The translations under genes and the position numbers were made by a program. The notes beneath the pieces were generated by a model. It was not told the origin of the DNA. It did not search any database and saw only the letters and a list, made by a program, of their open reading frames with translations. DNA of 20,678 nucleotides from Octopus sinensis (Eukaryota): positions 1-20,678 of the forward strand of contig NW_021823909.1 of NCBI RefSeq assembly GCF_006345805.1. Reading direction: 5' to 3'. Below are positions 8,913 through 18,670 of the stretch, one piece after another. The first letter of the stretch is position 1; each line of letters begins with the position of its first letter.

Positions 8913-8960
8913 ATACATACACACTCTCACACAGACACATTCACTCACACACACACATCT
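8564..8960 (+). repeat. Compound (CT)n-(TA)n-(TG)n-(AC)n microsatellite
   Basis: Read directly. Confidence 0.95.
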
Positions 8961-9220
8961 TTACCGCCACTATATATCATCAACACCGACACAACCAACC
9001 AATAGAACGGCTGTCATCACCAACCCACCAACTCTTTGATGACCGTCAGCAACATTTGTCTGAACAACACAAGCAGATCCACCTTAAATAAAACAATTAC
9101 AAAGATGGTATATATATATAAGTGGCTCAGTTTTCCCTTACCACCTCCCAGATCATACCCTAAATTTGTTTTCTGTGGTATTTCACTCATAGGAATCATT
9201 CGTGGGGATCATTTTCATAC

Positions 9221-9285
<65 letters not shown>
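9221..9285 (+). repeat. (TTA)n microsatellite
   Basis: Read directly. Confidence 0.97.
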
Positions 9286-9597
9286 GCCTTTGCAAAGCTT
9301 CTAGCGCTAGAGATGTACTACGGTGTCAGCTGTTCACTACCAGTGAACTGAGGTAACACCTCTTATTTTTCGAGCACCTTCCGGAGTATTCGAACGGTTC
9401 CAAGCAGTGCTGTTTTCTGCAAGTGCTCCACCCTTATTGCAGCCCCTATTCGTTCCACCTACTCACCTCGAGACTTTTGCTCACTGTTCACAGGGCTCCA
9501 ACAATTATTGGTACTACTGCTACCTTTTTCATAGACCAAAACTACTTAACTTCCCAAGCTAACCTCTCATATTTCTCAACTTTCTTTCTTCCTTATC
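9286..9597 (-). mobile_element. 3' end of an R4/Dong-like LINE (C-terminus after the REL endonuclease plus 77-bp 3' UTR)
   Basis: Minus translation KVEKYERLAWEVK*FWSMKKVAVVPIIVGAL*TVSKSLE/VERIGAAIRVEHLQKTALLGTVRILRKVLEK* (stop at 9363-9365); (TAA)n on both sides. Confidence 0.85.
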
Positions 9598-9654
<57 letters not shown>

Positions 9655-9661
9655 CATCATC

Positions 9662-9692
<31 letters not shown>

Positions 9693-9696
9693 ACAA

Positions 9697-9776
<80 letters not shown>

Positions 9777-9784
9777 ACAACATT

Positions 9785-9845
<61 letters not shown>

Positions 9846-9858
9846 TATTATTATTATA
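9598..9858 (+). repeat. Compound (TAT)n/(CAT)n microsatellite
   Basis: Read directly. Confidence 0.97.
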
Positions 9859-10104
9859 TCTTTCTATGTTTTGATATTAAGATTGAAAAAAATTTACCTT
9901 GTTTGTTAAAACTTTTGGAAGTGGATTTGCATTACTGAGCAAATTTCGTTCCTGCACTCATGGATGCCTTGATGTTGACCTATATGCTCCTAAAACAATC
10001 GAGATGGTCGTGGCTGGAACGCGTTTCGTTATAGTTTTGATTGCAACTCAAGGTCGAGGTCGTTGCTAAACGAAAACAAGATAAACAAGAACGACACCTG
10101 TAAC

Positions 10105-10180
10105 GATAGCAACAACAACTACTGTTGCAGTAACAACAGCAACAACAATAACAACAACAACAACAACATCAACAACAACC
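10105..10180 (+). repeat. Imperfect (AAC)n microsatellite
   Basis: Read directly. Confidence 0.85.
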
Positions 10181-10382
10181 GGAACGATAAAAACAAGAAC
10201 AAACATTCCAAGGAAAAATCAATTCGAATGAGAAAATGAAAAAAAAAGGGGGAATAAAGCATTCATCACGTGTTTGAAGGAAGTGAAATGTGATTGAGGT
10301 GATAGAAAGAGGAAGGGGAGGAGATGAATCATAAGGGTCCCGGTGAGGTGGGGCCGCCTTATGTAGGTGACAATAGTAGAGG

Positions 10383-10552
10383 AGGCAGCGAGCTTAGCGG
10401 TGTTTTGTTCGTCTTTACGTTCTGAGTTCAAATTCCGCCGAGGTCGACTTTACCTTTTATCCTTTCGGGGTCGATAAATCAAGCACTGGGGTCGATGTAA
10501 TTGACTTATCCACTCTCTCGAAATTGCTAGCCTTGTGCCAACATTTTAAACC
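10383..10552 (+). mobile_element. SINE family A (tail type 2) with the A-box deleted
   Basis: GGCAGCGAGCT joins TAGCGG directly, a deletion between two GCT microhomologies; B-box and core intact. Confidence 0.82.
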
Positions 10553-10599
10553 GATATTAGAAGAGGACAGATCGGTGTTAACGGTGATAGGATGCAGAG

Positions 10600-10935
10600 A
10601 CGGTGGGGATTTCAGAAACCTATATTTCAACCCGTAACACCAGCTGACACCCTTCAAGGCTCTAATGAGGTCCGTATTGATGTACTGCTTCCACATCATT
10701 ATCGGTGTTGCTGCAGCGCACAGAAGACATCTTGGAGTGCAACCAGAGAAGGGCCGCTCGACAAAATGGTGTTGAATCATTTACGGACACAGTCCAGCCT
10801 CTAGTCCTCCACGGCATGCTTCCCCCCTCTCTCTCTCTCTTCTGTTACATCTATAATGGTGCCTGGCAGGTCTCGCACCTTATTCTCGATCCATTTAGCT
10901 TTCAACCTCAGTCATGTCTTCGCCCCTGGGACTAA
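10600..10935 (+). mobile_element. Degenerate CR1/Jockey-group LINE fragment (post-RT region)
   Basis: FKALMRSVLMYCFHIIIGVAAAH / DILECNQRRAARQNGVESFTDTVQPL...SLSLFCYIYNG resembles YKA.+RP.+EYC.HIW.GA...L+.+Q.RA.R......T..L.PL..RR...SL.LFY..Y.G. Confidence 0.6.
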
Positions 10936-10950
10936 AGCAGCAACAATATC

Positions 10951-11040
10951 AACAATGTCCAAAACCGTGATTTTTAGGTCTATAACCCGAAACGTCGAAT
11001 TTTGCAACCCCTCTCTGCAACCGAACTAATATTTAACATC
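10951..11040 (+). repeat. ~90-bp direct repeat, copy 1
   Basis: Shares CTATAACCCGAAACGTC, ACCCCTC, TGCAACC and TAACATC with 11701-11790. Confidence 0.8.
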
Positions 11041-11064
11041 TTCCCTGGAATGACTAGTACCGGT

Positions 11065-11579
11065 GTTGCTGCTTGTTGTTGTTGTTGTTAAGCAACAAGA
11101 CGGGTAAGGGTGATTTCACTGAGTCCGTTCCGTGGGTTGGGAGACGTCTGGCAGGTCGGGAGCGGAAGTCCACATTTCCCAGATCCGAAGGACAAGGAGA
11201 GAGTCACTGGCCAGAGCGTCTGGAGTGGTTGGCATTTGCGGCGGGCGATGGATCTGTGGACAGTCGTAGACGACATGCTCCGCCGTCTCCTCTCCCATTC
11301 CGCACTTTTTGCAGGTTCTGTCTATGGCTCGGTCGATCTTGTAGAGCCAGTACTCGAGGTCCGGGTGATGACCACTTCTAAGTCTGCTGAGTGTTACCTG
11401 CTGCTGCTGCCTGGTTAGAGATGAATCAGTGGTTCTGCTCACTTTCTCTCCATGGTCACCATAGATCCTCTTAACTCTTTCGTGTTTGAAGGGAGGTGGT
11501 TTAAGTGCCCGGTGGATCGCTACTTTCGCTGCGTCGTAGTGGTGGTGGGCTGTTGACTGCTGCTGTTCACCTTGGTACT
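11065..11579 (-). mobile_element. 3' end of an I-group-like LINE ORF2 with CCHC knuckle and (CAA)n tail
   Basis: QVTLSRLRSGH...CKKCGMGEETAEHVVYDCP = C-x2-C-x8-H-x4-C; the frame stays open upstream (HYDAAKVAIHRAL); (CAA)n tail on the minus strand at about 11070-11085. Confidence 0.82.
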
Positions 11580-11581
11580 CA

Positions 11582-11694
11582 TCGATAAATTAAGTACCAG
11601 TTACGCACTGGGGTCGATGTAATCGACTTAATACATATGTCTGTCCTTGTTTGTCTCCTCTATGTTTAGCCCCTTGTGGGTAATAAAGAAATAA
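11582..11694 (+). mobile_element. 5'-truncated SINE family A (tail type 1)
   Basis: TCGATAAATTAAGTACC...AATAAAGAAATA; GTACT at 11575-11579 and 11695-11699 is a possible short TSD. Confidence 0.88.
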
Positions 11695-11700
11695 GTACTA

Positions 11701-11790
11701 AACAACATTCAAAACTGTTATTGTAGGGCTATAACCCGAAACGTCAAATTTTCCACACACCCCTCAATGCAACCAAACTTAGCTAACATC
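11701..11790 (+). repeat. ~90-bp direct repeat, copy 2
   Basis: Homologous to 10951-11040. Confidence 0.8.
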
Positions 11791-12232
11791 CCCCAATTCT
11801 GGATTTAGTAGAGCAGTCATTGTCGTCAACGTAGACTTTTATTAAATTTTCCCGATTCCGCATTTATTTCTTTATATTTTATTTCTATCATTTTTTTTTA
11901 ATTCTTTTGGCTTTACAATAGCAGACTAACAAAAGAGTTCATGAATAGAAATAGAAGAATAGGGGTTGTTACAGATACCCCCAGCCCCTTTTTTCTGTCA
12001 CTTTTCTGCCTCATTTGGTGTGCCCTGATAACCTAAAAACTAAACAAAGAGCTGCGAATGAAGAAGACAGCACTATAAAGGAACTGCTGTCAAGGATGGA
12101 GAAGGTAGGCATTGAAGCAGCTTAGCTTGTCTCCTGAAGATGGATGAGAGAAGAAAGACTTAAGGTGTGGGATCGATATATTTGCTAACCTGTTTTATCT
12201 TAGTCTTATTGAAAACATGAGAAGTGATTATT

Positions 12233-13140
12233 GGTAAGCAGGGCGGTGGGGCGGAGGAGAGTGGCGGCGGAGGTGGCTGCGGTGGCGGTGGCGGTGGTGG
12301 TGGTGGTGGTGGCGGCAGCGGCGGCGGTGGTGGTGGTGGTGGTCTTATGTGACGATGGCGGTGTCGATGGTACAGGTGTTGGTAGTGGTGGTGGTGATAA
12401 TGGTTGTGATGGTGATGGTGATGGTTGTGATGGTGATGGTGGTGGTGTGGTTGTTATGGTGATGGTTGTGGTTGTTATGGTGATGGTGATGGTGGTGGTG
12501 GTGGTGGTGGTATTGATGATGGTTGTGGTGGTGATGATGATTGTGATGGTGGTGGTGGTAGTAGTGGCGGTAGTGACGGTGATGATTGTGATTGTGGTGG
12601 AGGTGGTGGTGGTAATGGTGATGATATTGATGATGGTTGTGGTGGTGGTGATGGTTGTGGTGGTTGTTGTGGTGGTGGTGAAAGAGGCGGGCGTAGAGGT
12701 ATTAGCGATGTAGTGCGAAGGAGAGGTATGGTTAGTGGGAGTGGTTAGAGTTAGAAGGTGATGGTGGGAGGAGTGAGAAGAGAAGGTAGATAGTTGCGGC
12801 GGTGGCAGTAGTACCGGGGTGGGAGACAGTTGTGAAAGAAAAGAAGGAAGGACTATTCGATGGTGGGGGATAGGGGCGGGGATAGGGGGGGTCGAGCAGG
12901 TAAGGTAGAATAAGTGCGATAGGCATTAGTGTTGGTGGCGGTGGTGGTGGGGAAGATGGTGGTGGTAGTAGTGGTGGTGGTGGTAGTTGTGGTGGTAGTT
13001 GTGGTAGTAGTGACGGTGGTGGTGGTGGTTGTGGTTGTGGTGGTAGTGGTGATGATGGTTGTGGTAGTGGTGGTGGTGGTGGTGGTTGTGGTAATGGTGA
13101 CGGTAGTGGTGGTGGTGTTGGTAGTGGTGGTGGCTTATGT
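12233..13140 (+). repeat. G-skewed low-complexity (GGT/GAT/GGC)n region
   Basis: Two trinucleotide tracts (about 12260-12680 and 12929-13140) with a purine-rich spacer. Confidence 0.92.
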
Positions 13141-13485
13141 TGCAGTGATTGTAAAGAAGCAACAGTTGAGAACTAGGAAGACTATGTTGTTGTTGTTGTT
13201 GTTGTTGTTTATCCTCAGGTAAATCTCTCCTGCTCGAGTAGATCCAGCTGTGGCCATCCGGTTTTATAAGGTTTCTTTGTGTTTGTTTTTTTTTCTTTGT
13301 TTTGTCTTTTACTTCTTTATTTCAGCCATTTTGAGTTTCATTTGCTGCAATGTACGACAGAACATGTCCGCAAGTTGTTCCGCCGTCATTTTGGGACTTG
13401 ATAACGATGACAAACAATGCGTCTCAGCTGTCCCCTACGTTTCGGGTCGTCAGCAGCTGCAGACGAAGTCTCCAAAAGGAAGTCG

Positions 13486-13893
13486 AAATGCACACACAGG
13501 CTGTTCCCTCATTTAATGTAGGTCCAGATATTGTACAAAAGAGTGGAAATGCTCACACAGGCTGTTCCCTCTTTTAATGTGGGCCCACGTATTGTACAAA
13601 AGAGTGGAAATTCTCACACAGGCTGCTCCCTCTTTTAATGTGGGCCCAGACATTGTACAAAAGAGTCAAAATGCTCACACAGGTGGTTCCCTCTTTTAAT
13701 GTGGTCCCAGATATTGTACAAAAGAGTGGAAATGCTCACACAGGCTGCTCCCTCTTTTAATGTGGGCCCAGATATTTTGCAAAAGAGTGTAAATGCTCAC
13801 ACAGGCTGTTCCCTCTTTTAATGTGGGCCCAGATATTGTACAAAAGAGTCGAAATGATCACACAGGCGGTTCCCTCTTTTAATGTGGGCCCAG
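13486..13893 (+). repeat. 61-bp minisatellite, about 6.7 copies
   Basis: Unit AAATGCTCACACAGGCTGTTCCCTCTTTTAATGTGGGCCCAGATATTGTACAAAAGAGTGG starts at 13486, 13547, 13608, 13669, 13730, 13791 and 13852. Confidence 0.96.
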
Positions 13894-14120
13894 TGTTACG
13901 GAGAACGTTACAGTAACGAAGCAAAACATTGTTGACTCACTTTTATATGGTAGTTCCTTGTTGTCACATGTATCCTTCCATTTTTAAGAAGGCAGGTTGT
14001 GATTCGAGGACGATATGATAGCTATTTCTAGCAGCGGTAGCAGGTAGTTGCTGTAATTGTTGCTTCTGTTGTTGTTGTTGGTTTTCTTGTTGTTTAGTCA
14101 TAATTCAGCTCTGATACGTG

Positions 14121-14400
14121 AAGGTGTATTCTCTTGTGGTTATGGTGTTGAATTCCTGATCGTAACATTGTGGTTTCAATTCCGGACCGGGCGACGCGTT
14201 GTGTTCTTGAGCAAGACACTTCATTTCACGTTACTCCGGTCTACTCAGTTGTTAATGAGTAACTCTGCAATAGATGGGAACTTAACTCTTCGATAGACTA
14301 GCACCCCATTCAATGGGAGGGGGGCGTTTTAGTCTCAGTTCCTTATACGCCATGCAAACTGAGTTAAACTGCGGCCTTATAAGTCCTTAAGCTTAAGACA
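14121..14400 (+). mobile_element. Degenerate SINE family D
   Basis: GGTTTCAATTCC B-box, TTGTGTTCTTGAGCAAGACACTTCATTTCACG core; homologous to 19866-20130; boundaries approximate. Confidence 0.72.
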
Positions 14401-14634
14401 GACCCTCAGCCCTGATCCTGCCAAACTATGATCCTTAACTTGCAAGCCCTTGAACATGGAGAACAGTGGCGTCGCCTGAATATGTGAAACTCGAGACAAC
14501 CTTGAGTCTACAAACTCCATTCCAGGACCCCTTCCACCCACCTAGACTTATACGACAGACCTAAAAACATTGTCACCATAAAAGCGTCGCACGAGGCAGA
14601 CTGCGTCGTTAGCCAATTTACCCCTAGATATGCT

Positions 14635-15367
14635 GGTACTTCTTGGTTATCTCACCCCTATTAAAAAAATCGCCATTAAAAAATTGGGTTATCTCCCCGT
14701 TAAAAATTCGAGTTTATGAGGCGACAAGAGATTAGATTAGAAGAGTTGGAGCCTTTTAAGTCAATACTTCATTATTGACTTTTGGCCTCCTCAATAGAAA
14801 TTTTATGATTTCTTATAAAAATATCATTCAATAAGATGTTTAATCTTTTCAGTTTTACTCCTTTACTCTTTTACTTGTTTCAGTCATTTGACTGTGGCCA
14901 TGCTGGAACACCGCCTTTAGTCGAGCAAATCGACCCCAGGACTTATTCTTTGTAAGCCTAGTACATATTGTGTCGGTCTATTTTGCCGAACCGCTAAGTT
15001 ACGGGGACGTAAACACACCAGCATCTGTTGTCAAGCGATGTTGGGGGGGGGTACAAACACAGACATACAAACATATACACACACATACATATATACGACA
15101 GGATTCTTTCAGTTTCCGTCTATAAAATCCACTTAGAAGGCTTTGGTTGGGCTGAGGCTATAGTAGAAGACACCTGCCTAGAGTGCCACGCAGTGGGACT
15201 GAACCCGGAACCATGTGGTTGGTAAGCAAGCTACTTACCACACAGCCACTCCTGCGCCTGTTTATTATTATTTTTTTTTTAGTTTTCATGTTTACCGATA
15301 TTTCCCGTAAAACGTGGGGCGGGAATAACCCAGTTTCTTAATGAGGGTGAAATAACCCAAAAGTACC
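14635..15367 (+). mobile_element. Merlin-like (IS1016/IS1595-related) non-autonomous DNA transposon containing a SINE insertion
   Basis: TIRs start GGTAC (28/34 identical); 8-bp TSD GATATGCT/CATATGCT; internal remnant EFMRRQEIRLEELEPFKSILHY* at 14710-14778. Confidence 0.75.
14854..15259 (-). mobile_element. Full-length SINE family B nested in the Merlin-like element
   Basis: Highly similar to 3462-3877. Confidence 0.92.
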
Positions 15368-15583
15368 CATATGCTGTTGATAGATACTTTTGATCAGGTT
15401 CACAACCTGTTCGGTTAGGGCCGATGTGGGGCTGAAAATAAAACAGAAAAGCAAAACACACTATGAAGAAAATCCAGCTGTGGCCATCCCATTTCTTATA
15501 CTAAGTGTAAGGACACCTGGCCTAAGTTCCCTCATATGATTTTAAGATTGGCAGGTTGTGATGCAAAGGAAATTAGATTGTTA

Positions 15584-16281
15584 CAGTAATCCCTCGACTA
15601 TACCACGGGTGTTACATTACAGATACCTCCGCGAAAGGTGAAAATCCGCGAAGTAGAAACAGTACAGTATATATGTGTTGTTTACATTACAGATACCTCC
15701 GCGAAAGGTGAAAATCCGCGAAGTAGAAACAGTACAGTATATATGTTGTTTACATTACATACCTAACCGATATATTATGTTTTACATTACAGATACCTCC
15801 GCGAAGGTGAAAATCCGCGAAGTAGAAACAGTACAGTAATATGTGTTGTTTACATACAGATACCTCCGCGAAAGGTGAAAATCCGCGAAGTTACGTATAT
15901 TGTTGTTGTTTACATTACAGATACCTCCGCGAAAGGTGAAAATCCGCGAAGTAGAAACAGTACAGTATATATGTGTTGTTTACATTACAGATACCTCCGC
16001 GAAAGGTGAAAATCCGCGAAGTAGAAACAGTACAGTATATATTTGTTGTTTTTGTTTTAATAATATATATTTATTTTATTATAAATGCAAAATAACACCA
16101 CGGAGGAATCGACGTAAGCGATGTGAAAATCCGCGAAGTAGAAAGTTCTGTACTGTATGTTTTTTTAGCATTTTAATAATTTGTATTTATTTTTTTAATT
16201 ATAAATGCAAGACAACACCGTAGAGGAATCGACGATAGGTGAACCGTGACAGACGAACCGCGATATGGTGAGGGGTTACTA
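15584..16281. mobile_element. pogo/Tigger-like MITE with an internal ~70-bp tandem array
   Basis: TA|CAGTAATCCCTCG...GAGGGGTTACTA|TA; imperfect ~25-bp TIRs; TA TSD at 15582-15583 and 16282-16283. Confidence 0.82.
15613..16050 (+). repeat. ~70-bp tandem repeat, 6 units plus one partial
   Basis: TACATTACAGATACCTCCGCGAAAGGTGAAAATCCGCGAAGTAGAAACAG... starts at 15613, 15683, 15783, 15851, 15911 and 15981; partial unit at 15751. Confidence 0.95.
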
Positions 16282-16415
16282 TATTTCAAAAACATCGACT
16301 GACCACTCGGAGGCTCTTTCGTGGTGCTGGGCATCATCACAACCAGATACTTCTAGGTGGTCATTCCATCTGTTAGAAATAGCAACCAAATACCTCAACC
16401 ATTATCATCATGAGT

Positions 16416-16848
16416 AGGCACGGGAGTGTGGTAAGAAGCTTGCTTACCAGCCACATGTTTCCGGGTTCAGTCCCGCTGCGTGGCACCTTGAGCAAGTGTC
16501 TTCTACTCTAGCCTTGGGCCGGCCAGAGTCTTGTGAGTGGATTTGGTAGACGGAAACTGAAAGAAGCCCGTCGTGTATACATATATATATATATTATAAT
16601 ATATATATATATATATACACACATATATATATACATGTGTGTGTATATGTTTGTGTGCCTGTGTTTGTACCAACCATCGCTGACAACCGATGTTGGTGTG
16701 TTACGTCCGCGTAACATAGCGGTTCGATAAAAGAGATGGAAGAATAAATACTAGGCTTATAAAGAATAAGTCCTGCGGCCGATTTGTTCGACTAAAGGCG
16801 GTGCTCCAGCATGGCCGCAGTCAAATGACTGAAACAAATAAAAGAATA
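16416..16848 (+). mobile_element. Full-length SINE family B
   Basis: Head, core, internal TA microsatellite and tail all present. Confidence 0.9.
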
Positions 16849-16851
16849 TAT

Positions 16852-16892
<41 letters not shown>

Positions 16893-17051
16893 CATGCATG
16901 CATATATATATATACATGCATACATATGTGTATCTGTACGTTACATAAGCATACACGTACACAATCGAGCATAAATGTGATGTGATGTGTGTGTGAGTGA
17001 GAATGTGTGTACGCGCGCGTGTGTTTAGTGGGCGGAACGTCCCATTCGTTA

Positions 17052-17053
<2 letters not shown>

Positions 17054-17105
<52 letters not shown>

Positions 17106-17273
17106 TATACACCCAGTGAGACATGCACACATGCACCCCTGTATCCCAGGCGAAGTACTCTGCTAGACAACGGAGCAATCGTTCATTACCTATCGCCATC
17201 ATCATCACCTCCATCATCATCTTCATCATCATCATCATCATCATATTATCATCATCATCATCATCATCATCAT

Positions 17274-17326
<53 letters not shown>

Positions 17327-17333
17327 CCACCAC

Positions 17334-17365
<32 letters not shown>

Positions 17366-17389
17366 CCATCTTGACCATCATCATCAACA

Positions 17390-17420
<31 letters not shown>

Positions 17421-17423
17421 CAC

Positions 17424-17455
<32 letters not shown>

Positions 17456-17460
17456 CCTTG
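17054..17460 (+). repeat. (CT)n(CA)n and (CAT)n microsatellites
   Basis: Read directly: about 17054-17105 and 17196-17460. Confidence 0.95.
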
Positions 17461-17799
17461 GTCATTATTATCCTTATTGTCAGAGTTGTTAAATGCAATC
17501 AACACAGGTGTATATACAAATGTTTTTGTGTGTATATGCATGGTGTATATTGAGGTCGTTTTCTTTCTTTTGTTATCTTACCGTTTTTACTAATATATAT
17601 ATACATATATGTGTGTGTGTGTGTCAGTATATGTCAATGGATGGATTGAGTCTGTGCATTAATGGGTCTCTCCTTGTGATTACGATTACGTATCGATCAT
17701 TGATACCAGTGATTAGGCTCCATCAATCGGAAGTGATCTCCAGCAATAATACTTTGGAAATATCAAGGCGGCCATTAGTCTTGTCGTTATTGCTAGCGC

Positions 17800-17952
17800 T
17801 GTTGTTGTTGTTGTTGCTGTGATGGTGGTGGTGGTGGTGGTAGTTGTTACTATCAGTCTTGACAACGAAGATGACTACGGCTGCGACGATGATGATGAAG
17901 ATGATGATGATGATGAGGATGATGATAAGGATGAGGATGATGATGAGGATGA
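17800..17952 (+). repeat. (GTT)/(GGT)/(GAT)n trinucleotide tracts
   Basis: Read directly. Confidence 0.9.
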
Positions 17953-18169
17953 TCTTACGTATTTAATTGCTGCTTTTGTTGTCATTGTTTCCTCGAACTG
18001 TCACTTGTTACACACAGATATGCGTATATATATATACATACATATACACATCAGTATATGTTAAATGTCTACACACATACTCACACACATACACACACAT
18101 GCACTCTCACACACACACGCGCGCGTATAGACTGACAGACAGACAGATAGATAGATGCATATGTATATA

Positions 18170-18270
18170 GAGAGAGGCGTATATATATATGTGTATTATG
18201 TATACGTGTGTATGTATGTATGTATGTTCGTGTGTATGTATGTATGTATGTATGGATGTATGTATGTATG

Positions 18271-18310
<40 letters not shown>

Positions 18311-18322
18311 TATATATATATA
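18170..18322 (+). repeat. (ATGT)n/(TA)n microsatellite
   Basis: Read directly. Confidence 0.95.
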
Positions 18323-18480
18323 ATACAAAATGAGACAAGAACACAAAACATCAGGACAGCTAGGTGATACGAAAAGGGACAGCAAAACATCTAGATAGAC
18401 AATACAAAGAAAACAAGGACGGGTCGTTCAAAGCCCTCTATCCTCAGTCAAGCACCAGATTATCATTGCAATTTCGGCTA
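18323..18480. mobile_element. Single-arm copy of repeat family E (class unassigned)
   Basis: AAAACATCTAGATAGACAATACAAA...GGACGGGTCGTTC...CAGTCAAG...GCAATTTCGGCT matches the left arm plus spacer of the 7386-7614 palindrome; also abuts (TA)n. Confidence 0.8.
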
Positions 18481-18670
18481 ATTGGGGAACTTGTTTGTGG
18501 AAAGAGACCCCGGCAGAAGCCAAGGCTACGATTTAAGGACTGTGTCATGTCCTCGTTAAAGGCCCGTGATATGTAGGAGACCGACTGGGAGAGCAATGCC
18601 TGTCATGGCCACAGATGGAGGAAGCAGGTAAAGGAGCGGGTCGATACCTTTCAGAGAGCACACTGACCAG
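18481..18670 (+). mobile_element. RTE-BovB-like LINE C-terminal fragment
   Basis: GELVCGKRPRQKPRLRFKDCVMSSLKARDM*ETDWESNA...RWRKQV fits GEL..GKR....P.LR(Y/F)KD...LK.....WE..A.DR..WR. Confidence 0.8.

Noticed and set aside
11715-11750. Complete hammerhead at GGGCTATAACCC-GAAACGTC
   Set aside because: The CUGANGA core is absent in both copies of the direct repeat.
13486-16050. CRISPR-like appearance of the 61-bp and 70-bp arrays
   Set aside because: Units are contiguous with no unique spacers, there are no cas genes, and the context is eukaryotic.
1395-18385. Dozens of ORFs rich in CV/YI/HT/MYV, poly-Y, poly-L, poly-H, poly-V or poly-D
   Set aside because: They are translations of di-, tri- and tetranucleotide microsatellites that lack stops in some frames.
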